A DNA stretch of 64,000 nt from an uncultured Puniceicoccaceae bacterium (GTDB lineage: Bacteria; Verrucomicrobiota; Verrucomicrobiia; Opitutales; Oceanipulchritudinaceae): the NCBI GenBank assembly GCA_963933835.1, contig CAWVVV010000003.1, forward strand, positions 64,001-128,000, written 5' to 3'. A program made the translations under genes and the position numbers. The notes under the pieces are model-generated. The model was not told the DNA's origin and ran no database searches. It saw nothing but the letters and a program-made list of their open reading frames with translations. Below, piece after piece: positions 20,079 through 30,785 of this stretch (position 1 is its first letter; every line of letters starts with the position of its first letter).

Positions 20079-20903
20079 CTACGACATCTGCCGCAGATTC
20101 ACATCGCGCTGCGGGAATGGGATGGTAAGACCTGCTTCTTGGACGGCGTTAAAGACAGCCAAATTCACTTCATAGAGTGTTTTATGATAGGATTCGGTTG
20201 GAGGCCATACGCGGTAGGCGATATCAATCGATGAATCGCCGAAGGCTTCGATACCAACCTCAGGTTGTTTGCCCGTATCGAGTGTAGGAATCGTTGATAC
20301 GGCTTTCGTCACAGCTGCGATTGCCGTTTCCGGACTATCGCTATAGGCGATACCGACGACACCTTCGATAACACGAAACTCGTGCGAATTAGTCAGGATC
20401 TCACCTAGCACCTTCCTGTTGGGTATCGAGATGCTTTCGCCATCTTCAGATCCAAGAAGAGTCTGACCCAAATTCACTTCGCTAACGACACCAGTAACTT
20501 CGTGGATTTTAAGCGTATCCCCGACGACATAAGGACGTGTGAGAATGATAACAATACCTGCCCCGAAATTTGAAACGGGTCCCTGCACAGCCAAACTAAA
20601 GCCGAAGGCACCGGCACCTAAGAGAGCAATAAAGGGGGTGATCTCTACGCCAATTTTACTCAGAGCAACAATCGCTGCCAGTACGATGATAACGACTTTG
20701 ACTGAGCTGGCAAAGAAGCGAGAGAGCGTTACATCGACATCCCGCTTTGCGCAGATCTTCAGCACGGTGCGACTGATCGCCTTAGCGAAATAAAGCCCCA
20801 AAAGCAGGATAATTCCACCGATCGCTAGTCGCACCGCATTCGTTGCTATATAAGCGACAACGAGGTCTGAGTATTTTTGTATAAAATCGAGTTCTTCCTG
20901 CAT
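20079..20903 (-). CDS. mscS: small-conductance mechanosensitive channel
   Basis: Three TM helices, LAVQGPVSNFGAG, IPFPQRDV. Confidence 0.93.
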   Translation of the reverse strand: MQEELDFIQKYSDLVVAYIATNAVRLAIGGIILLLGLYFAKAISRTVLKICAKRDVDVTLSRFFASSVKVVIIVLAAIVALSKIGVEITPFIALLGAGAFGFSLAVQGPVSNFGAGIVIILTRPYVVGDTLKIHEVTGVVSEVNLGQTLLGSEDGESISIPNRKVLGEILTNSHEFRVIEGVVGIAYSDSPETAIAAVTKAVSTIPTLDTGKQPEVGIEAFGDSSIDIAYRVWPPTESYHKTLYEVNLAVFNAVQEAGLTIPFPQRDVNLRQMS

Positions 20904-20925
20904 GGTCGCTCTTTCTGGCCGGGGC

Positions 20926-22281
20926 CTATATGTGTTTCACGAGAAAATCTTTAACCGCCTCATCCGTCGCTGGGAGCGGATACTTTACCTGTTCCTTTTC
21001 CTTCAAAGCTTCGAGCGCAGGATGTGTCACAGGCTTGCCGAGTACTTTTTCGATCACATCAGCAAACTTTGCCGGATGCGCAGTGCTCATAATGACGGTT
21101 GGCCGCTCCTTAGAAATATCAACAAAACCACAGGCCGTATGGGGGTCTACGACGTAGTCGTATTTCTCATACAAATCTCTGATGGTCCATTCGATATCGC
21201 CATCGTCAGCACGACACGAGCGAAACGCACCTTTATCGAAGTTCTCGAAGTCATAGGAGCCACTCGCCTTGAACGCCTCCATAACCTCACGAACACGTGC
21301 TCCATCCTTACCTTCATGGAACCAGAGGAAGCGTTCGAAGTTACTCGCGATCTGAATATCCATCGATGGAGCGTGGCTCGGAGCAACGGCATCCATCGAG
21401 TAAGAACCGGTCTGAAATAAGCGGCAGAGGATGTCGTTTTGATTCGTCGCGACACAGAAGCCTCCCATCGGCACACCCATTTGCTGAACCATCCAGCCAG
21501 CGAGGACGTTACCAAAATTTCCAGTTGGGACGACAAACTCAGCAATCTCTCGCTCATCAGCCGGAAGCCGGAACCACGCATAGAGGTAGTAGACACACTG
21601 AGCTAAGACTCGAGCCAGATTGATCGAGTTCACCGCGCTCAAATTGTATTTGTGACGAAACTCTAAGTCTCCAAAAATTGCCTTAATCGAGTTCTGGGCA
21701 TCATCGAAGGCACCATCGATCGCGATGGCGTAGACATTATCGGCCCCCGTGGTTGTCATCTGACGCTCCTGCAAAGGCGACACTCCACCGTCCGGATAGA
21801 GGATAAAGATCTTTACGCCTTTCTTGCCAAGAAGCCCATGAATCGCCGCGGCGCCCGTATCGCCACTGGTCGCTCCAAGGACATTGATCGCCTTACCTGT
21901 GCGAGCAATCTGCTCTTCGTAAAAATTACCCAAGAGCTGAAGCGCAAAGTCCTTGAAGGCAAGGCTCGGGCCATGAAAGAGCTCAAAAACATGCAATCCC
22001 CTCTCGAGTGTCCGCAGTGGAGCGATATCTGGATGGTCAAATTTCAGGTAGCTGCGTTGAACGATGCTCTTAAGCGTCTCGGGCGCTATATCTGTAGCGA
22101 ACAAGCTGAAGAACGCTTCACAAAGATCCGGATACGACAATCCCTCCCACTCCTTCAAATAAGGAGCGAGGTCGGGCATGGTTTCCGGGATCAGAAGCCC
22201 GCCATCAGGGGCAAGACCCGTAGCGACTGCCTCGGAAAATGTGAGCGGGTCAGTCTGTCCTCGAGTAGAAACGTATTTCAT
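20926..22281 (-). CDS. thrC: threonine synthase
   Basis: MKYVSTRG, GLAPDGGL, ELFHGPSLAFKD, ATSGDTG, VPTGNFG. Confidence 0.97.
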   Translation of the reverse strand: MKYVSTRGQTDPLTFSEAVATGLAPDGGLLIPETMPDLAPYLKEWEGLSYPDLCEAFFSLFATDIAPETLKSIVQRSYLKFDHPDIAPLRTLERGLHVFELFHGPSLAFKDFALQLLGNFYEEQIARTGKAINVLGATSGDTGAAAIHGLLGKKGVKIFILYPDGGVSPLQERQMTTTGADNVYAIAIDGAFDDAQNSIKAIFGDLEFRHKYNLSAVNSINLARVLAQCVYYLYAWFRLPADEREIAEFVVPTGNFGNVLAGWMVQQMGVPMGGFCVATNQNDILCRLFQTGSYSMDAVAPSHAPSMDIQIASNFERFLWFHEGKDGARVREVMEAFKASGSYDFENFDKGAFRSCRADDGDIEWTIRDLYEKYDYVVDPHTACGFVDISKERPTVIMSTAHPAKFADVIEKVLGKPVTHPALEALKEKEQVKYPLPATDEAVKDFLVKHI

Positions 22282-22305
22282 CGCTTAGCGTTTGTCTGTA
22301 TTTCC

Positions 22306-23520
22306 TTACGACGCATCGAGACCAAAGGCTTCGTGCAAGACGCGCACAGCTTCGTCGCCCTGATCTAAAGCAATCGCGATCGAGATCTTAATCTCAGAAG
22401 TCGAGATGAGCTGAATATTCACTTCGTATTTAGCGAGCGTGGTAAACATCAGAGCCGCCACACCGGAATGCGAACGCATACCGATGCCGACAATCGAAAC
22501 CTTTGCAACGGGATCAGCGACAGCGCACTTGCCCTTGCCAATGACAGCCAAGGCACTGTTCACAGCCTGTTCCGCGCGGATTGAGTCGTCGGTATTGACA
22601 GTGAATGTCAGGTTAGCAACGCCGTCGCGCCCGACATTCTGAACGATCATATCCACGTTCACATTCGCCTCGTGTAGGGAGCTAAATACGCCGGATGCCG
22701 CACCGGGTTGATCCGGCAAGTCGGTGACGAGGACTTTGGTTTGATTCTTATCGCAAGCGACGCCGCGCACGACGACATCTTCCAAGGTAGTATCTGCTTT
22801 CACGAGCGTTCCTGGATTTAGGTTAAAACTACTGCGTACCTCAAAAGGCACATTGAATTTTTTTGCAAACTCGACCGCACGAGACTGCATTACTTTAGAG
22901 CCCATACTCGCGAGCTCAAGCATCTCTTCGTAAGCGATTTCAGAGATCTTCTGAGCATTGGGGACGATTCGAGGATCTGCGGTGTAGACGCCATCCACAT
23001 CGGTGTAGATCTGACAAAGGTCTGCTTTCAGCGCCGACGCCAAGGCGACCGCGGAAAGGTCTGAGCCACCACGGCCAAAGGTCGTGATTTGGCCACCGCT
23101 ATCCTGTCCTTGAAATCCAGCGACGATGATCACGTTTCCCGCATCAAGCTCTCGGCGCATGGCGGTGGCATCGATGTTCACGATGCGAGCCTTCGTATGC
23201 ACTTTGTCGGTAGTGATCCCTGCCTGGGCACCCGTCATCGAAACAGCAGGAATGCCTTTAGCCTGCAGCGCCATCGAAGCGAGGGCGATAGTCTCCTGCT
23301 CCCCGACAGAGAGAAGCATATCCATCTCACGGTCACTGGGCTGAGGATGCAGCTCCTTAGCATCTGCGATCAGGCGATTCGTCACCCCTCCACGCGCGGA
23401 TACAACGACCACAATTTCATGCCCTTCGGCACGACTTTGCGCGACGCGTTCAGCAACATTGCGAATACGATCGAGATCTTTGACGGACGTTCCGCCATAT
23501 TTTTGGACAATTAAAGCCAT
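22306..23520 (-). CDS. lysC: aspartate kinase
   Basis: VQKYGGTSV, GRGGSD, TDVDGVYTADPR, two ACT domains. Confidence 0.97.
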   Translation of the reverse strand: MALIVQKYGGTSVKDLDRIRNVAERVAQSRAEGHEIVVVVSARGGVTNRLIADAKELHPQPSDREMDMLLSVGEQETIALASMALQAKGIPAVSMTGAQAGITTDKVHTKARIVNIDATAMRRELDAGNVIIVAGFQGQDSGGQITTFGRGGSDLSAVALASALKADLCQIYTDVDGVYTADPRIVPNAQKISEIAYEEMLELASMGSKVMQSRAVEFAKKFNVPFEVRSSFNLNPGTLVKADTTLEDVVVRGVACDKNQTKVLVTDLPDQPGAASGVFSSLHEANVNVDMIVQNVGRDGVANLTFTVNTDDSIRAEQAVNSALAVIGKGKCAVADPVAKVSIVGIGMRSHSGVAALMFTTLAKYEVNIQLISTSEIKISIAIALDQGDEAVRVLHEAFGLDAS

Positions 23521-23528
23521 CTTCTTAC

Positions 23529-24845
23529 TCAGTCTCCGAAGCCTGCGATGCGAAGGACAAATGGTTTTTTCATTACGGTGCCACGCGCTTTCGCAAGGTC
23601 GGCGATCAAATAGCTCATCTGCTCTTCGGTCGAAACGTGCGTGGTCAAAACAAGACTAGAGGTGCCCTTTTTGGGCCCTGGAGTTTGCACGAGGCTTTCG
23701 ATACTGACAGTGTGTTTCGCAGTGAAGGCGGTTATGATCGAGAGAACCCCAGGGCGATCCTTCACCGTCAAACGAATGTAGAACGCTTGGCGCACCTCAT
23801 CGAGGGCGGCCAATTTAAGCGTCTCATCGGACGAGACGCTCTGGGTCGGAGGGCCTCCGAAGACCTTATAGAGCGCAGCATCAACAATGTCGCTGATGAC
23901 CGCACTCGCGGTCGCATCGCGCCCCGCTCCCCTGCCCACAAAGACAGTTTCTCCAACGATATCACCTGTCACGCTGACGCCATTGTAGACCTCATCAACA
24001 CGCGATAGCGCGAGTCCCTGAGGCACGAGCGTCGGGTGAACACTTACGGATAGGATACCCTTTTTAAGATCACGAATGATCGTTGCTAGAAGTTTGATCT
24101 TATAGCCCAGCTTACTCGCCCACTCGATATCCTCGAGGCTGACATCTCGGATACCTTCAACCGGCATCTCTTTCATTGAGATCCAGCGACCGTGTGCGAG
24201 CCATGCAAGGATCGCTGCCTTGTGAGCCGTGTCCCAACCGTCGAGATCAAGGGACTCATCGGCTTCGACATAGCCCAAGCGCCTAGCATCGCCCACGATC
24301 TCCTCGAAGCCTTTCCCCTCACGCTCCATGCGGGTGAGGATGTAGTTACAAGTGCCGTTGAGAATCCCGTAGATAACTGGAAATTGGTTCACCGCGAGGC
24401 CTTCTAGGAGCCCTTTTATAATCGGGATTCCACCGGCCACGGCGGATTCGAAAAACACGCGTCCTCCGCCCGCTTCAGCCGCGGCAAAGATCTCCTCACC
24501 ATGCTCAGCAAGCAAAGCCTTGTTCGCTGTCACGACGGTCTTGCCGTTGGCAAGGGCCGCGAGCGTCACTTTTTTAGCGAGCTTGATGCCGCCCATGAGC
24601 TCGCAGACGATATCGACCTCTCGGTCGGTCGCGACCGACAAGGCATCCTCGGTCAGCTTCGCTGCCGGCACCCGAATGTCGCGGGAACGACTGAGATCTT
24701 TGACTGCAGCCTTGTGAAGGATGAGCTCGGCTCCGGCATGGGCAGCCAACTGTTTCCGGCGACTTTGCACATGCTTCCAAACTCCTTGACCAACAACGCC
24801 AAGGCCAACGAGGCCGATACGGACTTTAGGTAGTGAAGATTTCAT
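23529..24845 (-). CDS. hom: homoserine dehydrogenase
   Basis: GLGVVG, VTANKA, AVAGGIP, GILNGTCNYIL, C-terminal ACT domain. Confidence 0.96.
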   Translation of the reverse strand: MKSSLPKVRIGLVGLGVVGQGVWKHVQSRRKQLAAHAGAELILHKAAVKDLSRSRDIRVPAAKLTEDALSVATDREVDIVCELMGGIKLAKKVTLAALANGKTVVTANKALLAEHGEEIFAAAEAGGGRVFFESAVAGGIPIIKGLLEGLAVNQFPVIYGILNGTCNYILTRMEREGKGFEEIVGDARRLGYVEADESLDLDGWDTAHKAAILAWLAHGRWISMKEMPVEGIRDVSLEDIEWASKLGYKIKLLATIIRDLKKGILSVSVHPTLVPQGLALSRVDEVYNGVSVTGDIVGETVFVGRGAGRDATASAVISDIVDAALYKVFGGPPTQSVSSDETLKLAALDEVRQAFYIRLTVKDRPGVLSIITAFTAKHTVSIESLVQTPGPKKGTSSLVLTTHVSTEEQMSYLIADLAKARGTVMKKPFVLRIAGFGD

Positions 24846-25468
24846 GACGATTTCGATTTCGATCCCGCGCGATTCTCAGTTCCTGCTAGAAGTCGTTGAA
24901 TATTTGCCCGATGACGCACGACAATCAGGACACAAAGCGCGAGGCATAGTCCAAGAGCTAGATCGCTCCCAAGAAAGAAGGCACTGAACGGAAGACTTAA
25001 CCCAAGCGCGATCGAAGCGAGCGATACGTAGCGCGTCGAGTAGAAGAGTAAAACCCAGAGTCCGATTCCAATCAGCATAACAACGGGTAGAATAACAAAG
25101 AGGCCGCCCACTGTGGTAGCGACGCCCTTCCCTCCTCTAAACTTTAGAAAGAGAGAGAAACTGTGTCCAAGGATTGCCCCGATCAGACCTAAAATCGCAA
25201 CGAGTTCTGGGTTAGCCTGGGTAGTAGATAGATTAGCAAAAAAGAAGCCCAACGCTGCCGCGCTAATACCTTTTCCGGCATCGAGCAAAAAGCAGGTGTA
25301 GCCAGCCTTTTTTCCAAGGTTACGCATCACATTCGTCGCACCGGGATTCCCGCTGCCCAGAGTGAAGATATCAACCCCGTGTCCACGAGCGATGAGCACA
25401 GCAAAAGGTATGGATCCGATAAGGTATCCAACCAACAAACTGCCCAAAGCTGCAAACAAAGCTCCCAT
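24842..25468 (-). CDS. plsY: glycerol-3-phosphate acyltransferase PlsY
   Basis: YLIGSIP, GSGNPGATN, FRGGKGVAT, RHRANIQRL. Confidence 0.96.
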   Translation of the reverse strand: MGALFAALGSLLVGYLIGSIPFAVLIARGHGVDIFTLGSGNPGATNVMRNLGKKAGYTCFLLDAGKGISAAALGFFFANLSTTQANPELVAILGLIGAILGHSFSLFLKFRGGKGVATTVGGLFVILPVVMLIGIGLWVLLFYSTRYVSLASIALGLSLPFSAFFLGSDLALGLCLALCVLIVVRHRANIQRLLAGTENRAGSKSKSS

Positions 25469-25474
25469 TGTGGT

Positions 25475-27073
25475 CTAACCTGCCAGATCAACGAGGGCGA
25501 CGCGCTCAAAATCCGAATCCGAGCGAAGCTCATCAATGAGCTCTTTAGAAGGACGGCTATCGAGGCCACAAATGTTCAAAGCGATGCCACCAACAGTGTT
25601 ACGCCCTAGAGACATATGAGAGATGTTTATCTTCTCCTTCGCCATCGTCGTGCCGAGACGGCCGACAATACCAGGGACATCCTTGTTCTCAATCACAAGG
25701 AGGTATTTCTCAGTCAGTGAACATTCGAGGTCGCGTCCGTTTACATGCGTGAGGCGTGGCGTCTGGCTCTTGCCGATGAGGGTGCCCTCGATGACGTCAC
25801 AACGGCCGGTGCTGTCGCAGGCTTCGATCCGAATCAGTTCGGTGTAGTCGCGTTCGAGGTCGGTCTTAACGATCTCACCCTCGACACCGAGTCGAGCAAG
25901 CACGCGGGGAGCGTTGATATCGTTAACGTCGTTCGTGATTTGACGGAGGTAGCCACGCTGAATCGCACGGTTTATTGGTGTGACGTCTGTGTCTGCTAGT
26001 TTGCCACTGTAGATTAAGCGCAGCTTAGTCACGGCGTCTGGAGTCACCTGTTGGATCAGAGTGCCCATTTTATCAGCCAAAACGAGGTAAGGGCGCAGTG
26101 TCTTGAGCAGTGCTGGATCGATAGAAGGAGCATTGAGAGCATTGCGGGCGCGTCCACCACGAATAGCCTCAACCATGATTTCAGCGACTTCGAGACCCAC
26201 GTTTTCCTGCGCCTCGAGGGTCGATGCACCGAGGTGTGGAGTCAGGACCATCTGTCCGTATTCGCGCAGAGGACTCTCCTTTGAGAGCGGCTCAACTTCA
26301 AAAACATCAAGGCCGGAGGCTGCTGCCTTACCAGACTTGAGGGCATCAGCGAGATCAGCTTCGTCGATAAGGCCACCGCGAGCGCAGTTCACGATGCGAA
26401 CACCGTCCTTCATTTTCGACAACGAAGAGGCATTGATCATCTTGGTCGTCGCTTCGGTTTTCGGCATGTGGATGGTGATAAAGTCCACTTGGCTGAAGAG
26501 CTCATCCAGCTCGACCTTCTCGACCCCGAGTTGCTCTGCACGGGCAGACGTCAGATAAGGATCGTAGGCAAGCACACGCATTTTGAAAGCGAGTGCGCGC
26601 TTCGCGACTTCGCTACCAATGCGACCTAGACCAAGCACACCCAGGGTCTTTTGGTAGAGCTCTGTTCCCTTACTGAAAGCTTTCTTATTCCACTCTCCGT
26701 TCTTCATCGAGGCATTGGCCTGAGCCACCGGGCGGGCGGAGCAGAGGAGATGCGTAAAGGCTAATTCTGCCGTCGCTATCGTGTTACCGCTTGGCGTGTT
26801 CATGACGATAATGCCTCGATCTGAGGCAGCTTCAATGTCGATATTATCAACACCGACACCGGCGCGACCGACAGCCTTGAGCTCCGGTGCTACCGCCATG
26901 ATTTCGGCGGTCACGCTCGAGGCGCTTCGCACAATTATGCCGTTCACATCCACCGCAAGCTCAGCAAGCTTTTCGGGTGAAGAGTCGTAGGCTTCAAGCA
27001 CTTCGACATCGCTCTGGGCGCGTAGGTAATCGACTCCGGACTGGGAGATCTTATCTGCAACGAGTATTTTCAT
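25475..27073 (-). CDS. serA: D-3-phosphoglycerate dehydrogenase
   Basis: GRAGVGVDNID, GLGRIG, NCARGG, TPHLGAST, ACT domain. Confidence 0.96.
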   Translation of the reverse strand: MKILVADKISQSGVDYLRAQSDVEVLEAYDSSPEKLAELAVDVNGIIVRSASSVTAEIMAVAPELKAVGRAGVGVDNIDIEAASDRGIIVMNTPSGNTIATAELAFTHLLCSARPVAQANASMKNGEWNKKAFSKGTELYQKTLGVLGLGRIGSEVAKRALAFKMRVLAYDPYLTSARAEQLGVEKVELDELFSQVDFITIHMPKTEATTKMINASSLSKMKDGVRIVNCARGGLIDEADLADALKSGKAAASGLDVFEVEPLSKESPLREYGQMVLTPHLGASTLEAQENVGLEVAEIMVEAIRGGRARNALNAPSIDPALLKTLRPYLVLADKMGTLIQQVTPDAVTKLRLIYSGKLADTDVTPINRAIQRGYLRQITNDVNDINAPRVLARLGVEGEIVKTDLERDYTELIRIEACDSTGRCDVIEGTLIGKSQTPRLTHVNGRDLECSLTEKYLLVIENKDVPGIVGRLGTTMAKEKINISHMSLGRNTVGGIALNICGLDSRPSKELIDELRSDSDFERVALVDLAG

Positions 27074-27197
27074 CTTTGGAAAAAACGCGTGAGCTTAGCC
27101 CGCGAGACACGGCTGGCAACAGCAGAACGCAAGAAACAACTTCTCCTCGCCACCGAGGCACACTGATCAGAGAGTCCCACTCCCATCCCTCGAAATA

Positions 27198-27404
27198 ATG
27201 AAACCCAATAACGACGTGCAAATCCGCTTTGAAGCACAGCTTACGTTTATCGAAAAAACGATCTCAGAGCTCAGCGAAGAGCTCTATCGCCAGCAAAAGC
27301 AGACTGAAAAACTTCAGCGCGAATTCGACAAACTGAAATCGAAGCTCGAAAGCCGAGAGGAAGGCGGCGGCGAAATGCCGCATGTACCGCCTCCTCATTA
27401 CTGA
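27198..27404 (+). CDS. slyX: SlyX-family protein
   Basis: Short coiled coil ending PPPHY. Confidence 0.9.
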   Translation: MKPNNDVQIRFEAQLTFIEKTISELSEELYRQQKQTEKLQREFDKLKSKLESREEGGGEMPHVPPPHY

Positions 27405-27617
27405 CCGGAAAGAGCAACCTGGATGAGGCTAATTGGAGCATCGGTTCATGCGATCGACGCCTCGAAGTGAACGCAAATTCCAGAGCAGAAATGCAGTGCT
27501 CGGCTCTCGGCCAAAAACACGACAGATTGAGCATTGTAGTTTGATTCGAGAGTGCCATAACCCGCGATTGTTCAATATTAGAACGTTCGCAATTCGTTCG
27601 AAAATTAAGGTAACATT

Positions 27618-28114
27618 ATGGCACCAAAAGCAAAAAAATCTGCCGCCAAAAAGGTGGTCAAAAAGACGGCTCCAGCCAAAAAGGCTCCTGTCAAGAAAGT
27701 CGTAGTTAAGAAAGTCGCCGCCAAAAAGGTGGTATCCAAAAAACCGCAGTGAAGAAATCGCCTGCTAAAAAAACTGTAGTGAAAAAAACTCCAGTTAAGA
27801 AAGCAGCGGTTAAGAAACCTGCTCCCAAGAAGGCCCCAGCAAGAAGAAAAGCTGTCTCTAAGCTTACAACTATTGGTGTTAAGATTGATGTCGGCTTCGG
27901 CAACGCTCTCTACCTACGTGGTAGTGGTGGCGGCCTAAACTGGGACAAAGGCGTTGTCATGGGCAATGCTTCTTCAGATGAGTGGGTATGGAGCACTGAT
28001 ACCGCTACGGGCACCGTCGAGTTCAAGATTCTCATCAATGATGAGTTTTGGGCTGCTGGCGCAAATCACGTGGTCGAAGCAGGCTACCGCGTAGATATCG
28101 ATCCAAGCTTCTAG
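27618..28114 (+). pseudogene. histone-H1-like Lys/Ala-rich protein with C-terminal CBM20-like domain, frameshifted at an A6 run (27738-27743)
   Basis: MAPKAKKSAAKKVVKK... stops at 27752; one extra A joins it to VKKSPAKK...DVGFGNALYLRG...WDKG...EFKILIND. Confidence 0.75.
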
Positions 28115-28145
28115 AGGCTCTCGAAATCTACCTCTATTTTTCTTC

Positions 28146-28181
28146 GTCCCTCGACGCGTTTCGCGTCGGGGGACTTTTTTT
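28146..28181 (+). terminator. intrinsic terminator
   Basis: Stem gtccctcgacgcg/cgcgtcgggggac followed by T7. Confidence 0.85.
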
Positions 28182-28190
28182 CATGAGGGC

Positions 28191-28889
28191 CTAGATGCCG
28201 TATTCTGGATCGTTGCCCGCACCAAGATCTCGCAACCGCTGCGTCAAAATCGCCGTTGCCTCTTTACGATCCTTCGTCGGCGCAAGCTCATTCGTGTCTC
28301 GATACGTTTCGATCCGCATCGTCACTCGGCTGAATGGCCAAGGGATGAAAAAGCGATCCCAGCTCTTGAGACGGCCAGCGCGATGAAAACGAGCCGTAAA
28401 CAGGAGAAGTGGGACCTTACTCTGGCGGGCAAGCATCATAGCACCCTCCTTCGCCTCATAAATAGGCCCTCTGGATCCATCCACGGTCAATCCAGCATCG
28501 ACCCCCTGCTTTAACGCCCGCACGAGTTCGCGAGCACCCACACCGCCGCGGCTGCCAGAGCTGCCTCGGACTGATTTGAGGCCGAAAGAATTAAAAAGCG
28601 CAGCCAGCCAAGCCCCATCTTTGCTTGGGCTGATCATCCCGGCTAATCCAGCATACGGTGCCCGATAGCGGCGATGCATCTCTGGAACAATTGATAGACA
28701 GTTATGCCAACAGACGAGAAAGGTCCCTTTAGGAAGTTCGGCAATGGTCTTTAAGTCCTCAGGCGCGACCTCAAAACGCAACGTCCGAAACCAGAGCCGC
28801 AGGAAGATCGAGAGCGGCCAAATGACCACCTTTCGCCAGCCCTCGACTTCGAAAAACGTCGATGCTTTTTGCTCCGTTGCAGAACTCAT
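28191..28889 (-). CDS. DUF374 / lysophospholipid acyltransferase-like protein
   Basis: CWHN, ISPSKDG, VRGSSGSRG, TVDGSRGP, SWDRFFIPWPF. Confidence 0.88.
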   Translation of the reverse strand: MSSATEQKASTFFEVEGWRKVVIWPLSIFLRLWFRTLRFEVAPEDLKTIAELPKGTFLVCWHNCLSIVPEMHRRYRAPYAGLAGMISPSKDGAWLAALFNSFGLKSVRGSSGSRGGVGARELVRALKQGVDAGLTVDGSRGPIYEAKEGAMMLARQSKVPLLLFTARFHRAGRLKSWDRFFIPWPFSRVTMRIETYRDTNELAPTKDRKEATAILTQRLRDLGAGNDPEYGI

Positions 28890-28989
28890 GGTTTAAAGCA
28901 TCGGTCTGGACAGACATCCGGCAACGGCAAATCGACACCCCTCACAACTTGCCCCATCGTATATATTTCCTAGCTTAAGGAACTAAGCT

Positions 28990-29514
28990 ATGCCCATTGA
29001 GCCCTGTCCTTACTTACCAAAAGCCTCTCCGCACGACCATACAACCCTCGGTCGTCACGGGGCTCGACGTGATGCCGCGTTCTACCTCGATGCTTTGAGC
29101 TATGGACAAAGCCTCTGGCAACAAGGCCACCCCGGCAGGGCACTTCTCGCAGTGACGCGCGCACTCTACGCCAACCTAGAAGCTAGTGAGGAGATTTTGA
29201 AGACGTGGCCTCTGCCCTACTCCGCCTTACACTGGATAATGGCACAGCATACCTCCGACAATTTCCCTGGAAATCCACGGATCAGCTTCCAGCATCAAGC
29301 AACTCGCCTTCGAGGAGCTCGGAGCGAAGTCCGTTCGGCGCGAGCATGGGCCGTATGGGCCCTTGCTTGTGCGGCAAGGCCCAACCTCCTCGGCGACATA
29401 GAACAAGGCATTATTGAGCCATCGCTTGATGATATCTCGAAGCGATTGAAAACACATGGGCACCCCCATGAAGCTGCTCTCTGGCAAAGCACTCTTGAGG
29501 CCGACGAGTGCTAG
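28990..29514 (+). CDS. hypothetical protein
   Basis: 174-aa ORF with AAGGA RBS; no family recognised. Confidence 0.7.
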   Translation: MPIEPCPYLPKASPHDHTTLGRHGARRDAAFYLDALSYGQSLWQQGHPGRALLAVTRALYANLEASEEILKTWPLPYSALHWIMAQHTSDNFPGNPRISFQHQATRLRGARSEVRSARAWAVWALACAARPNLLGDIEQGIIEPSLDDISKRLKTHGHPHEAALWQSTLEADEC

Positions 29515-30503
29515 AGCTCGCGTAAGCGGCCGCGGTAACGACGCACAATCTTGCTCATCCCGCTCTTATCGCCGCTTTTCATTTGGAAGCCAAAGAAGTG
29601 GATCTTCGCCGCTTCTCCGAGGCCCGACTGCAGTTCGATGATGTCTGCCTCGAGTTCATCCCATGGAACATTCTCGGTTCCACCCTCATCCGGCGTCCGC
29701 TGAAAGCTCCCATCTGAAACGATGACAATCGCATCCGGCACTGGATCGAGGCGAAAAGCAGCCCCGATCACTGACTGGATGCCATTCGGGGTCTCCCTCG
29801 TCCAACTAGGGGCACTCTTCCCATCCGTCCGGAACTCAGACTCAAGCCAAGCCAGAGCCGAGGCCTTGTTCTCTTGCGTCGCTGCGACGAGAAAGTCGCG
29901 AAAGGGATCATACTGGCGCGAAAACTGGATAAACCCGAAGAGTGTATTCGCATTGAGTTGCTCAACGAGAGCCTTGGTTTCCTGCTTGATCACATCCATC
30001 GTGAGACCCGCCTTCTCGATCTTGTTCTTCACTGAACCTGATATATCAAAACAGATCACGATTCTCTTTGCGCGTCCCTTTAGGCCAAAGAAAGAGAAAT
30101 CAGAGACCTCCGTTCCGACCTCTCCAAGCCCTCCCATCAATCCCGTTTGCCCCCTCAAGGCGCTCGTATCCATCACAGGACTGTTCATCGAGATCGGACT
30201 GAAATCGACCGATGGCAGGTCCGGCAAGGCGGGCAAGTTTTGCGGCCTCAAGGACTCGACCGCAAGCCGTTGGAGCAGGGCTGGCGGTTGTGCCACCTCC
30301 TGAAACTCCGAAACAGAGACGCGATGCTCTAATTCACGCTGCGGAAGATAGATTGTCTTTTTTGACGTGAAATCAGGCTCTTCGCGAAAAATCGGCCCGA
30401 TCACGACGACCGAGACGGCGATGAGCAAAACAAGCCCCTGTGCTATGAAAGCAAACAAGAGTGGCCCCATTCCAAAAATCTTTCGCTTCGGCCGAACTAA
30501 CAC
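29511..30503 (-). CDS. membrane-anchored vWA-like protein
   Basis: N-terminal TM helix, MIDAS-like DISGS, later IVSDG. Confidence 0.7.
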   Translation of the reverse strand: MLVRPKRKIFGMGPLLFAFIAQGLVLLIAVSVVVIGPIFREEPDFTSKKTIYLPQRELEHRVSVSEFQEVAQPPALLQRLAVESLRPQNLPALPDLPSVDFSPISMNSPVMDTSALRGQTGLMGGLGEVGTEVSDFSFFGLKGRAKRIVICFDISGSVKNKIEKAGLTMDVIKQETKALVEQLNANTLFGFIQFSRQYDPFRDFLVAATQENKASALAWLESEFRTDGKSAPSWTRETPNGIQSVIGAAFRLDPVPDAIVIVSDGSFQRTPDEGGTENVPWDELEADIIELQSGLGEAAKIHFFGFQMKSGDKSGMSKIVRRYRGRLREL

Positions 30504-30671
30504 TGAATGAAAGTTTCTGCCTTCAATTCGTGTCTACAAGCCTTGCTTCAAGTCTTTTGCGTGCCGATATCAGAATCTACAGTGACAACCTCGGTGCTGT
30601 AGCGGCTAAATTTCTGAGAAACCGCTTGACCGAACTCATGCAAAACCTAGCTTCCCAAATCTTTCCCCCAT

Positions 30672-30748
<77 letters not shown>

Positions 30749-30756
30749 TTTTTTTC

Positions 30757-30785
30757 GTAAGCCGTTCTTCTTGGACGGCTTACGT
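30757..30785. terminator. hairpin after tRNA-Asp
   Basis: cgtaagccgt...acggcttacg inverted repeat. Confidence 0.5.

Noticed and set aside
27618..27850. Repeat array or CRISPR
   Set aside because: The periodicity comes from Lys-rich coding repeats; there is no repeat-spacer structure or cas gene.
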